A DNA stretch of 64,000 bases from Lingula anatina (lineage: Eukaryota > Animalia > Brachiopoda). The notes under the pieces were generated by a model. The model saw nothing but the letters and a program-made list of their open reading frames with translations. It ran no database searches and was not told where the DNA came from. Position 1 is the first letter of the stretch; every line of letters starts with the position of its first letter. The DNA lies in assembly GCA_051362555.1 (NCBI GenBank), contig CM120640.1:31701967-31765966 (forward strand). The letters are read 5' to 3'. Shown in pieces: positions 1 to 13,183 of the stretch. The translations under genes were made by a program, and so were the position numbers.

Positions 1-1852
1 TGAAATACCCTTGAAGTTCAGCACATGCCTTCAGAAGTTAAACACTTGAAACATAGCTTCAGTTTGGAGTGGAGTTTGCTTTATGCTAATGCTTGTTAGC
101 TATGTACTGGGGGTTCATGATGTCAGAACACTTGATGGAACAAAAAAAAAGAAAGTGGAAACCAGACCCTTCTTCCCAGTGCATGAAGTACATATCATCA
201 CCAGCATTGTTGCTGTAGCGGTGTATACAAGTCTGCTCAAAGGGGAAGATGGGACTGAACTTAAAAGTGTTAAACATAAAGCCTTTTCATATCACAAAAA
301 TAACAGAGTTTCTGTGTAATACACCATCCCTTGGTTTGTATTTGGAACAGTGATTCCATTGCATTTAAGGTGAAGGAGATGTGGTTTGATTCTGTGGACA
401 TTCTTTTGTACAGTAGGATACAGATTTAATGTGCTACCTTGATAATTATTTTGGTAATCATTTTTGCTCATTATTTTAAAAACCAGTGTTTTAGCATGTT
501 AAGCATTTTAAAGTCTGTATATATTGGTTAATCACAACTGTAACTGTGTTTGTATATTTGGAATTAATGTTCAATTGCTTATTAATAAATGGAGCTCTTT
601 GAAGTGCTTGGATGTTTTTCCCTCGTTCACTTTCTTGAGGTGTTGGCATATTTTGCAAGCATGCATTTTGAAAAATGGACATATGCTGTAATAATTTGCA
701 TGATGAGATTATTTGCTTGATTATTTGTGAAAGAGAAACAAGAGCATTGGTTTTTCTGGAATTGGTCAGATTTATTCAAATGAGTCTGTAAATCTTGCAA
801 CTCTGATTAAATTTTCATGCTTGAAATCTAGGAAGGCTCAATAAGCTAGCCACAAAATCTTGATCGTTTTATATCCTGAATACATTGACTCCTGAATACA
901 ATATGACACTTTCTATGTGCAAAGAGTACCTTAACACTGTGCTGCAACTACTGAGCTACCTAAAAGCTTTCCATGCCAATTAAAAGACCAAACCATATTT
1001 TGAATACATTGTGTGGTGTATCTGGGACTTCATTCACAAAATTCAAAATTATTTCAAACCTCAAAAACAGTTGAAATAAACTGCTGGTAATAAAAGATTG
1101 GACTTTACAAGTCTACAATTTTAATTGTTAAAGCTTAGCAAAAACATAATTAAGAATACATGATTACTATTAAGTGTCATTATATTACCATATACTGCAC
1201 AGCTAGAGAGTGTACTAAGTACTGGGGGTGGGGGACAGATGAAACAGTTACAGTACAAGTGAATTATTTTATAAAAATTACAATAATTATGTTTAGTAAA
1301 ATGCATCACTCAAGTCAGTCTCGAATCGCTATTTTATAGTATTCATAAAATAAATACTTCTAAATAAAGTCAAAGTAAAAAAAAAATGGTATTCAGCTCA
1401 ATTTATGCAGAAAGCACCCCCCTCTTCCTCTCTTTTCAATGACTGGCATCCCAAATGCATGTTCTGATCAGAACATGTCTCACCATGACGATATCCCCAC
1501 CAATTGCTGGTGCAGGCACTCGTGAATTGATCACCCTACAATTAATGATATAATTTTCAAATTGAAACACAGTTGAGAATGTTTAATCTTCAGTGGAAGG
1601 GACAGAAGGGAGTATCTATAATCCTTCTACATTATAGGTAATCCACTTGAAAATGCTCAATGATAAATGGTTAAAATAGTTAAAAAATACTTGTAATTTC
1701 TCACATGCAGACTGTGATACAAATGGTCCTGCATCGTTCTAAATATATTCTCTTTGTTATAAAACAATAATGATAGTTTGGTCCGTTTTTTTCCTCACAG
1801 GAATGTACTGAAGTACAATTATTACATGATTGAATAACAATGCAACACTGGT

Positions 1853-4760
1853 TTAAAATTCGTGGTGAAAGAAAACATCAGCATTAGCTGCATAATTCAA
1901 ATGCAGGTGGAGCTTTGCTGCCTTGGCTGCAAGAAAAGCTGCACCCAGAGCTCCAGTTTCATGCAAGCGCAGCAATGTGAACTCTGAGATTTTCACATCA
2001 GGACGAGACTTCATGCCTTCTAGGAAACCTGAAACAGCATAGGAATCAGCTCTATATCAACTGTATAATGCATTAAGCCTTTGAATTAGGCACTGCAGGT
2101 AACAGTAATTTACAAAATGTGACTAGTGAAGGTGTTCAGTCCCATGAAAGTTCAAAGTCACACCTTGAAAATTCCAATATGTTAAAAATGAACAATTCTC
2201 AAAGAACAGCAGAACTTACACAAAAATAAACCAATCAAGCTATTTTTTAACCTGATCTGTCTATCAGACCTATGAATTATTCATGAAAGTTATAAAGCAA
2301 TATATGGTGCAGTCTTCATTTTATTCGTATAACAGTGTGTTATCTCTGAAAGTGCAAGGCAACAATGACATTTGTGTCTGTAGATCAAAATGGCTTGAAA
2401 GTTGAACACATGGCATTTTTAAAATTTGTTTTAGACAGCTATAGGAAATATACAGGAAGACACATTTTATCAGAATGTAAACACTTACAGACAAAGCTTG
2501 TATGTAAAAAATCAATTAAAAATCACTAATAGTAGTCTTAACCACTTATACTAATTGACATGACCTGTAATTTTTTTGAAGTTAAAAAATTTCAACAAAA
2601 GTTGTAAAATAAGACTGTGATTAGATAACCAATCCTAAAAATACAGAAGCTGTGTTAAAGAAAACTATCCATACCATCTTTTAAGGCCTCCCAACTCTTC
2701 CACACTGAGCCAACACAAACAATAGGTAGTCCACCATCAAGATTAAGAAGGGCCTTAACAAAGATAAATTATGTTTGAAATTAAGAAATGCAACATCAAG
2801 GAGGTTGAACTCCCAAGATGAAAGTATGTTGTGTCTTGTGAGTCTTGTGCTAACCCTAACATTTTGTTTCTTTCACACGGAATACACTTTAAATAATATG
2901 TGCACCCAGTAACTACATACCTTTACTTTCTTTGTCCCCAATGTGCCTATGATATACAACACACATGCTAAGCTTACTTATGCCCCAATTTGGTGTGCCT
3001 TTCCATGCACACTTAAAACAGCCATGGCAGGTCATTAGTAAGCACAGATCCTGTGTGAATGAGACAAAATGTCAGGGTTTATCAATGAACTCAACATGTT
3101 TCCATCTTGAGAGTTCAACCCCCATATTACCCACAGCATGTGCAGAAGGGGCATGGAGCAAATTATTATGAATTCAAAACTAATTAGGAGATAATACATT
3201 AAAATGCTTTATTGTACCATACTATTATACATGAAATTCCATTTTATGTTCACCTTGTCTGCCTTTGCAGCCACGGCCAAAACATGTCGAGCAAGAATCT
3301 TTCCAGCTTCACAAAACACATGACAACAGAGAGGATCTTTCTTTTCTAAGGCACCTGAAAAGTTAAAATCATCAAACAATTTAAAGACCATGGAAGTAGT
3401 GCTATCACCAAACTTTTACAGCTAAGAAAATGGATATTTACACCTAGGAAAAATAAGTGTCACTTTTTACAACATGGCTCTGCATTATTATGCTATGGAA
3501 AACTGGGCACTTCCTAAAATATATACCTTAAATGATAAAATAGATCACCTTTAGATAGTTCTTTGCTCATGGATGCAATAAAACTCTTGTCAAATTTGGT
3601 ATAGAGGTGTTCCAGCAAATCCATCTGAGTTTCAATCTAGAAAGGATAGGCACAGTTTTAACGTACAAACCTAACTTTATAACTTAATGTATGGGTACGC
3701 TTTAGCTTTATATATATACAGCCTTGGTTAAAAAGGTTGTTCCACCCTAAACCCCATGTGTTTCGTAAACAAAAAATCACCTCACGTCTGTAAACTATTT
3801 TGAACAGTGTTCTTTTTTTATTCCAGATACAATATTTAACATGACTGATAGTACAGAAAATGTAAAATAATGGTGAAGATATACATATTTTATACTATTT
3901 ATTCAAATTTAAGCATGTAAACCCTCAAATCTCAGGGATCTGATGTTCACAGATTAATGGTTCTTGAATGGTTCAAAGTTGTGAGGTGATTATTTGTAAA
4001 AACATGTGGAATAAGAGATGAGATAAAAATTTCCCCAAGTTTGTATACAGTTTTAAATGTGGAATATACAATATGATGTTTTATGTATTAGCTAAAAATG
4101 CAGTTCTTTACAGAAAGGACAAAACATCTTAGTGTGAAAGGCTCATTCTTGATATAACTTTAATATTTTTCATAATGACTGAGTTCCCATTTATCTAAAT
4201 GCTTACCTTGAAATGATTACGCATGGTTTGTTTAACAAAAGTCACATCATATGGACAAGGAAAGAGATTGTCTTCATGATCAAATAACATCTTCAAGGCT
4301 TTCTGGGTCATCCAATAAGCTAAAGAAAAGCAGACTGCTGTTTATCACTAGAAAAGCACTCAGAGAGCGCAGATCAGTGCCAAAGACCTTGCACTGATAA
4401 ACTGTTACAGTAGTAGTTGAGAGGACATCCATTGCACAAGGTCAAGGGCACTGGCAGTACCTCGGTCCTCAAATTCTTGAATCCAAATGGTAATCAGTAT
4501 CACAGCGAAAATCTAATCGCTAATAAGTAAGCCCATTTCTGACCTTTCCTGAAATTTTTATCAAAATCCATCCAAATCTTATGGAGTTAGGCTGGTGACA
4601 AACAAACAAGTAAAAAGATATAGTGAGGTGAAAAAGAACACCCTAGCCATCAGTTATTATTATTCTTTTTAAACCTCCACTTGTTTAGGAGGAAATCTGT
4701 TGCATGAAATATTTACATGTACATGTACTATAGTACGCTTAAAATATATCATCTACAGTA

Positions 4761-4833
<73 letters not shown>

Positions 4834-4897
4834 AGTAGACTAAAATAACTTTCTTATATATATATATATATATAACTATATAGACTAAAATAACTTT

Positions 4898-4944
<47 letters not shown>

Positions 4945-5547
4945 CTATATAGACTAAAATAACTTTCTGATAAATTAAAAAAAACAAAGCCTGTATACAA
5001 AACACTGTGACAATAACCATGTGCACAATATGCAAGTCAGCTGAACTTTTGTATGCACTACAACATGCATGGTAGCTGTGCCATGTGAATAAGCATTGGC
5101 ATGTTACCTGAACCCTCATCACCCATCATGTGCCCCCATCCACCACACCTACGTGGTTCCATCTGGGGACGAAACAACACACAACACGATCCAGTACCAG
5201 AGATCAATACCAAACCTCCTGGAAATCATAAAACAATGACACATGATTCTCTCTCTGACAGTATCATTTATAGGAGCAATATATTTACCTCCCCCCTCAT
5301 CCCCGAGAAGGTGGCCCCAGCCTCCACACCCGGCTGTCTGTCCATCTTTATTGACCAGCACACAGTTAGAGCCTGTTCCTGATATCAATACAACCCCACC
5401 TGGAACAGAAACAGCATGCTTGAAAGGAGTTAGTGGGTTTCAGTTACAGCAAAAAGTATTTAGCTTGCCCTTATATTGTCAGCAGAAGTAGTATATAAAG
5501 TATCAGCAGATGTAGTATATAATGCATATTAATTATAAGCAGGTGTA

Positions 5548-5631
<84 letters not shown>

Positions 5632-7481
5632 CATCAGTTCTTATGTATAATTCCTAAGATAATGTAGGGTCAGGAAATATTTGAAATTAATTTTGATGAG
5701 TTTCTTAACAATCAACACATGACTACATCACTGGTAGATGCAAAAGACATTGGAAAAGCTGTGCAAGAGGAACCTTTCGTGTTGGAATCAACATGGCTTC
5801 TTATATCATTGCAATCCATTCTATTCAAAGCACTGCACTTCAATTACTTATTGTAGAGATTTTCAACCATATTAGAAAACAGGAAATTTTAATTTTCAAG
5901 ATCACAAAATGCATCCGTTCTTTCAAATTATTGCAAAAAAAATAATAATAAATAAATAAATAATTAAATTGCAAGTTATTCACTGAATACTTTTTCACTC
6001 AACTTCTTCCATCAATGAAAACAATTAAAATGATTACCTTCTTCTTTAGCTGTAGCCATAGAACCTATGGTATCATTGCATATAAAGTAGTGTTCGCTTA
6101 GAGAGCTGTATTTGTTCTTAAGTGCCTCAATGATTTTCTTCTGTGATTCCTCTTCTCCACCACCACTAAGGGACAATCCCTGTATAATAAGTACAAATTA
6201 AGTACAAAATCTTGTAAAACAACCACCTTTGGTAAGATTTTTTAAAGTTTAAACTAAAATAAAATCAAAAAAGGGGTAGAGTTATCTGCTTCTTAAAACC
6301 TTGGATTCCTTTATCTTTAAAAACAAACATTTGCTGACAAAGCTTTGATATACACTGTAATGAAAAGAAATAAAATATCAATAGTTATGAAATGGTAATA
6401 GAGTTTCGTGTACATGTAGCAAGCATTATCTTACCAAAGCCTTGAGTGGAGTGTTTGGATCTATACCAGCTTGTTTCTTGATATCTAGGGACAGGTCATA
6501 AATCCTCTTCATACATTCTTCTTGTCCTACCAGCTGTTTCATTAAAACAGACATTCTTAGATAGAAGTAAGGATATGATCAATTGGCATCAGAAGCAGAA
6601 CAGCCAGCCACAGCCTATGCTGTCATGGACTGGTGGAAGAATAGAGGATGCCTTAGGTCCATATTCAAGGTCTGTTACATTCAATGCGGAGGGGGTACCA
6701 GCCTGTATTGCCACACATATGTATTTCTAAACAATATACTACCATTTATGGAATACCATTGTATAAAAAATAATGTTAAAATCACAGCAGTTGAGGATGG
6801 AGGCCATCTTCTGTGTCTTTTGGAAGACAATAAGAATTTTTCAAGTTTTCACTGACGGGTATCTAGTTTTTTTCTGTTGGAAGATGGTCAAAAATTGAAG
6901 ATGGATCAACAAAGATAATTTGGAAGACTGTTAGCAAATATATCTGGATATGCCCCAGCATAGATATAAAAGAAACTTGCTCATTCTTTTTTGGCCAGAA
7001 TATCTATCCTTGCATTTTCTAAACAAACCTTACATTTACTTAATATTTCAATATTGTTTACTATAAAGAGCTAACTGGTAATCCCTTTCCATTAACTTTT
7101 CAAACTATGATAGTGTAACAATACTAGTAACTTAAGTAAATTTTAACTTTAGTCAATTATGTTACATAGTAATCCATATACAGTACATGTATAACATACC
7201 CAAGGGTTGGTGCAAAGCCCCTCAGACCTGGCCACAACTGCACCATCTAATTTCATAAGGACCATCTTCGAGCAAGTGGCCCCACTGCAAAAGAAAAAAA
7301 ACAAACTTTTTGGATCTTTTGGATACGAAACTGTTAGCCATGGCCTCTACTACAGTGTAGTATATCACTGAGTGTAAAGATTGCCTCGAGAAGAAACATA
7401 ACTAATTAAAATTAGAATATCGTGCCTCACTAATAACCCTGCTTAAAATTACCCTTCAATTCCTCCTACAAGTATGTCCAT
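1853..7481 (-). CDS. NAGK: N-acetyl-D-glucosamine kinase, 10 coding exons, about 340 aa, with alternative exon 5a/5b
   Basis: GT-AG exons: 7481-7453 ([10 protein letters not shown]), 7284-7200, 6533-6435, 6179-6038 (GLSLSGG...CNDTIGS), 5399-5289 or 5218-5108 ([10 protein letters not shown]...CGGWGHxxGDEG), 4319-4207 (AYWMTQKA), 3636-3549, 3354-3254, 2753-2675 ([10 protein letters not shown]), 2028-1853. Exons total 1023 nt with phases consistent; motifs match animal NAGK. Confidence 0.95.
4348..4650. mobile_element. Degraded non-autonomous Helentron/HINE-like repeat in a NAGK intron
   Basis: Begins ACTAGAAAAGCACTCAGAGAGCGCAGA and ends with acaaacaaac...ggtgaaaaagaacaccc, resembling a recalled Helentron-associated interspersed element layout. 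Confidence 0.4.
4766..4968. repeat. Compound (TA)n microsatellite with three copies of a tagactaaaataactttct spacer
   Basis: Seen directly in the sequence. Confidence 0.95.
5108..5218 (-). CDS. NAGK: NAGK alternative exon 5b (tandem duplicate of exon 5a at 5289-5399)
   Basis: 111 nt, flanked by ttccAG and GTaaca, same phase as 5a; translates [37 protein letters not shown] with no stop. Confidence 0.85.
5548..5630. repeat. (TA)n microsatellite
   Basis: Seen directly in the sequence. Confidence 0.95.
6785..6900 (+). repeat. Dispersed repeat, with a related inverted copy at about 24700-24812
   Basis: gaggccatcttct...cactgacgggtat...ttttct.ttggaag..ggtcaa matches the reverse complement of 24700-24812 (gaggccatcttct...cactgacgggcat...ttctatcggaagtacggtcaa). 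Confidence 0.6.
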
Positions 7482-8046
7482 GTCGAGCTGTACAATGTAG
7501 GTATTAGCTCCCAACTTAACTGCTTGATGTCAACTCCCACTACCGACAGGCGACACAGATATGTGACCTCAAATATCCGGTCTGTCAGAACAGCGTCCAC
7601 AAATGTCCACAAGCACAAAATGGCTGGAGAATCACTTCATAGTTATACCTTAAATATAATTTGGTATTTTCAGTTGGAAAACAAAGTAAAGTGTCATAAT
7701 TATGTAGGCCAACTGAATGATATCACACCGCTATAAACTAAGCAGAGAGAAAGTAATATAGGTGCACGCTAGACTGCCTAGACAGGCTAGAGTCGACGAG
7801 CGTCCACAAGATTAAAATAGAGAGAAAACCTATAATTTAACAACAAATGGTTGGGATATCAGCTAATAAAAGAAGTAATAATTCTAAAATGGTGTGCTGC
7901 TCTCATTTACTGAACGATTACACAAATAAAAGTTTGGGATCCGAGCGAGTGGCCCCTCTTACAAATCGGAAGCATGTATGCGCTCCTGGTGGCAGAGTGA
8001 ATAACCAAAAGCAGGACAAAATAATGATCTTTTATAACATCGTTAC

Positions 8047-8322
8047 CAGTGGCGAATTAAGGGGGTTTCAGGGAGGCCCTGTCTCCCCCCCCCCCCCCCC
8101 CCCCTCTTCGATTTCTAAAAAATTCACACCAATGGTCCCCTCTTGAAATTTGAATTTTAACTAGCTGAATCATTGTTTTAAACCGTAGCCTACCAAATGG
8201 TAACGTTCGCCTTCTAAAATACCAAAAATTTTCGAGGGGGGGGGGGGGGGGGGGGGGGGGGTCGGCTTGGCATCCACTGACCCCCCTCCCCCCCCCCTAC
8301 AAATAATGCTGAATCCGCCCCG
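8047..8322. mobile_element. MITE, CAG(G/T)GGCGGAT...ATCCGCCCCTG family with long G/C runs
   Basis: Termini cagtggcgaatt and aatccgcccccg; interior shared with 8593-8873, 12924-13183 and 24247-24379. Confidence 0.75.
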
Positions 8323-8592
8323 GGTTATAACTGGTAAAATGGTGAGTTTTAGCAAGCGTTTTTTTTTTAATGCACAAAAATGCACACCTGTTTTGAAGGG
8401 GCCATGTCCGAATGAACCCTTGGTTAAAAAATCGATGAAAATATTACCGCTTTTTGGACCAATGAACCTTCCGACTATTGAGACGCCCCCGTTTGAAAAC
8501 TGTGAAGTCGCAAGCAATCGATTGGGTGTGGTGGGTAATTTTCAGTGTTTTGTCTGCTAGAATAGTAGGCCTACCAATAGCTATAATGAAGA

Positions 8593-8873
8593 CAGGGGCG
8601 GATTTAGAGGGGGGTCAGGGGGGTCCTGACCCCCCCCCCCCTCGATTTCTGAAAAAAATAACACCAATAATGGTCCCCTAGCTCTTGAAATTAGCACTTC
8701 TGAATCATACTTCTAAACAGTACCAAATGGCACCATTCGTCCTCTAAAATACCAAAAATTTTCGGGACCCTTTAGTGGGCCCCGGGCCCCACGCCGAGAA
8801 GGGGGGGAGGGTCTGCTTCGCATCCGTCAACCCCCCCCCCCCCCCCCTTCAAATAATCCTGGATCCGCCCCTG
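8593..8873. mobile_element. MITE, same family, full length
   Basis: Perfect 11-bp TIR CAGGGGCGGAT/ATCCGCCCCTG; flanks tgaaga and tcaaga suggest a 6-bp TSD with one mismatch. Confidence 0.85.
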
Positions 8874-9808
8874 TCAAGATGTAGGCCTACACTGTACACC
8901 TAGGTAGAGATAGGCCCCCTGTTATGCCTGCGATACCTGACATCTTTTGCCAACTTCAATAAAAAAATAGATAGCCTTATTTATATGTAAACAAACAACA
9001 CAAGAAGACAAATTTATGCAAGTGCGATTCCGTGGTTCTGAAAACACGTTTGTATAAAACACTTTCATGAGTGGAAAACGTGAACTTTTGATCGGGTGTT
9101 TCTACATGTAACAGTAAGGGAAGAAAATCAAAATGTGTATTTATATATTTTAGCTCCAAGAAATTGCAATTTCACTATTTATCATAAAGCGGCGTTGCGA
9201 TATATTTGTGAGAAAAAAAAGTATAGAAATATCTCGAATGCCTACTTCCAATCAAGAAGGTGTATAAGACGCACCTCCTTGTCCGAAGCATGTTTGTATC
9301 CTATTTAAATTGGCAACTTCCCTTTTTCTCAAAACCATATGCATGTGTCGCACATCCTGCATGCTCAAGCAATATAGTGCCATCGTTAAGGCAATTAAAT
9401 TCATAACCTTTGACTCAGGCTATTAGGCTATTTGATTTATGGTCTTACAATGTGCTATATGTTATCCTGTACCATCCTTGCAGTGACTCTCACTTTTGCA
9501 GATCATATTTATGTGGAAAACTGATCACAGCTGAAAATGATGTAGTGCGCGAAAAGTAATTGAAGGTTTATTTTGTATCACGTTTATAGTGAAATGAGAT
9601 CTATCACGCACTATCATCTAAGTGTGGTTTTCAACTAAATTTACTCTATCTAATTTACCATCTCAGCCGTATCTCAGCCGTAACGGGGATCTTTGACTGT
9701 GACAGGTTTTTCATGCTAACAGGACTGCAATATTTTAGACATCTATGAATAAATAATAAAGCTTTAACAAAATGTGTATCTCGAAAATACTTATTTGTGA
9801 ATCATTTA

Positions 9809-9854
<46 letters not shown>

Positions 9855-10440
9855 TGAAACGCTAAGCACATGATATTTTCAGAGGGTTCGTAATCCAACA
9901 AAGTTGCAGTTACAAAAGAGAGAGAGGTGGAGAGAGAGAGAGAAGTTTAGGTTGTGCTTACCTTATTTGATGAAGCAGTAGCCTAGGATATAATAACTTT
10001 AATTTAAATTTTCAAAAAAAAAAAAAAAAGGGTTTTAAACGCTGTATTTAAGTTATGTTATCCCTATCGTGAAGTATATAAATAATTATTAGTTGATTAT
10101 TAGAGAATATGAGTATGAGAGTATAGAATATGAATATGAGAGAAAATCAAAAATATCTGTATTCAGATCAAAAGAAGAAAAGTGACTGGTGATTGTGATC
10201 TTATTTCTAACCGCAACCGGACATGTGATCTTCCCATGCGACTTCTTAAAAATATTCACTTCCCGAGAAAAATGTTGCGCTTTAATTTAATGGCAAAAAT
10301 TTGCTCGTCCACAAGATCCGCTTACGAACGAATATAAGTCGCGCCGAACATGGAACTGGACATTCAAGTTGCGGTCAAGCTCTCGAGATCTGAGTCGAAC
10401 GATAGTTTTTGCTCCAAGAGAAAATACAGAAGAAGAGAAA

Positions 10441-11840
10441 ATGGAAGGTCAAATGATCGTTGTATTTAGTCTTTGCCTGATCGGGATGTGGGGTACAAGC
10501 GAAGGTAAATATTCAATGTTGAGATAAGCTTTTGTAAGAAAATTGTCAAAAGGGGCCCAGTTCATTCTCTTAACTCTTCGCTGATAAGTTAGAATACATT
10601 GTGATTCACTTAATGCTTCAAATGTTTTTTTTTTTTACATTGTATTAATGATCATTTTCGTCTTTTATAGTTTCATTTTTTAGTAATAAAGGAGGCCTAT
10701 TTTTTTTTTTAAGTCAACGCGGGGAAATAGTGTAACATATGATGCGTTTTCTGAAAAATCAGTTCATGTAAATATGCATCGATTGCGTCTGTTTTTTTTT
10801 TTTTTTTTTTTTTTTTTTTCTTCGATTCTCCAATATTATGCTTGTAACTCCTGTATTTACAAACATAGAACAACAAAAAATTAATCAACATTTTTCAAAC
10901 ATTGTTTTACCTATTTCAGCCGTAACGGGGATCTTTGACTGTGACAGCAATGGTTACCAATACAAATCATGTTGCACAGGGGTCCGGGGTATTTCGGCCA
11001 GTGTGATGACCAAGAGATCAAGATCCTCCTGCGACGCAGGATACTCATTCGCTGTAAATGGCTGTGGCCTATGGGTCAACCACGGGTGCAGAGCCCGCTT
11101 CTACGTCGATTTCAACTGCAGAAATTTGAAAACTAGTAAGTTGGTAATTTATCCATAAAGTAGTTTAAGCAGTTATCAAAAGGATTTAAGAAATAGTTAG
11201 CCTACTTTCGTCGTCCAGGTTTTGTTCACCTTTAAAAATATTTTTTTAGGGATAACAATTTGTAGAGTTGCAATTTGTAAACACAACGCATTTAACAACC
11301 AAAACAAAATTGGAGTGAATTGGAGTGACCAAAATGTCTATAAAGATGTAAAAAGAGACATGATTTCAAATTGCAATCTTTCTAAAAAGATTTAAGTAAG
11401 CTTAACTTGTAATTTTTATTCAATGTGAAAGGCATTTAGTTAAAAACGCATGTAGAGGTACTAATTGAAGTTTATTCAGAGAATGTAAGCACGTTGCATT
11501 CATTTATTAATCACATTCTTGGTTGACACTTGAACGCTACGATACCTGTATTCGAACAGACTAGTTTTTCCTAATCCGCATCAGTTTATTGAATGAAAAT
11601 GTTTCGAGTTCATTTATGCTTTTTACAGGCAAAGCCGATTGCAGCAGTCACAATTATAAATACGCCGAATGTCGCGTCGGTGGAGTCATAACTTCTATCA
11701 ATGTGGCCAAGAAGTACTCCCGTTCCAGCTGTGACTTCAACAAAAGCTTCGGTTTCCTTGGCAACAAAATCTGGGTAGACGATGGGTGCAGGGCCTCTTT
11801 CACTGTCCAGTATTGCGCTGACCGGAAGTGTTCTTGTTAA
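10441..11840 (+). CDS. Secreted two-repeat DUF3011 / ADEL-type (galactoside-binding) lectin-like protein, 163 aa, 3 exons
   Basis: Exons 10441-10504 (signal peptide MEGQMIVVFSLCLIGMWGTSE), 10920-11135 and 11629-11840, both introns phase 1 and GT-AG. Each of the last two exons carries CxSxxYxYxxC...SRSSC...SF...WVxxGCRAxF. Confidence 0.85.
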
Positions 11841-12923
11841 ACCACGCTGTCTTCAGTGCTCCAGTATATCGATATAAAATGTTTTATGAACTTATTGCGG
11901 ATATAACTCATTTTGATAAAGATATTTGTGCATTATTAGTACTTAAAAGTTATATTTCTATTTTGAAATATCCCTTTTCAGTTCTGTTGAAATTAAATAT
12001 GTCATAAAAGATATACATGTATCAAATAAGTATAACAGTAATCTATTTTGAAATATCCTATAAATTCTTTAGAAATTAAAGATGTGTGGAGTAACTGATA
12101 TTTGCCTCATGATTTAAATAAAGATAGCTCAAACAGTCCAAATTTCATATCTCTAAATTGATTTGAAAAAATATTGCAGCAACATGTGTGTTTTTAAATA
12201 CTTCTCATAGTAACACGTAAAAAGTGTTTTTCGTCCTTTTTCAAAGAATTCTAGTCGCTTCGACTAAAAAGCTGCGCTTATGACATCATGTTGTAACGTG
12301 TATCGTTAACAAACTCGTAACACCTACCCTGAGTGTCAGAGCAACGTAAAAGCTAGCTTGTTAAATATATACCTTGTGATGGAGTCGCTTTTATTAGGTA
12401 TTGTTGATATGGGTTATATATGAAATCAAGATCGAGCTGGCAATACCGGAATGTAGAACCTAGGGTAGTAACACCATGACTTGCGAAACATCACAACATG
12501 ATGATCTAAATATGTGAGAAAAACCGGTTACTTTTCAACGTTAACAGGTGGCCTTCTTATTCAGCCCTGAAAGCTTAGGCAAGTTCTCACTCTGTACACG
12601 ATCAAGTTTAATAAGATCGCAAACACCTGAAAAGGGTAAATAAATAAGATAAGAATTCAAGGCAGTCAGGCAGAGACACAGAGAGAAAAAACAACAGTCG
12701 TGCTTTTTAAGTGTGTAGTTCTGGAAAAATGTATTAGTTGGACGCCATCTTTCAATGCACATAATGAATGAATTGTCACTTCAGTTCTTTTTAAGATTGT
12801 ATGTTAACAAGATATATGTATTCTATTCAGTTTGTTGATAGATAATAGCGATTTTAAAATGCACGAAAAGTTAAAAGAAGAATTGCATGTGGTCATATGT
12901 TTCTGCAGAAAAAGCTACCAATT

Positions 12924-13183
12924 TCAGTGACGGATTTAGAGAGGGGTGCAGGGGGGTCCTGACACCCCCCCCCCCCCCCACCCTTCGATTTCTGGTCCCC
13001 TCTTGAAATTAGAATTTTGACTAGCTGAAACATAGTTCTAAACCGAACCAAATGGCACTGTTCGCCCTCTAAAATACAATTTTTTTTTTGCGGCCCGCTG
13101 AAGGCCCCCGAACTCCACACCAAGGGAGGGGGGGGGGGAAGGGTCGGATTTGCATCCGCGGACCCCCCTTAAAATAATCCTTG
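12924..13183. mobile_element. MITE, same G/C-run family, right end truncated
   Basis: cagtgacggatttaga...ggtcccctcttgaaatt...aaataatcct shared with 8593-8873. Confidence 0.75.

Noticed and set aside
83-319. 78-aa ORF with two hydrophobic stretches as the last exon of an upstream gene
   Set aside because: No recognisable motif, an in-frame stop just upstream and only a weak acceptor; it cannot be supported from this window.
4763-5122. 119-aa ORF ending in YIYIYI repeats
   Set aside because: Artefact of the (TA)n microsatellite.
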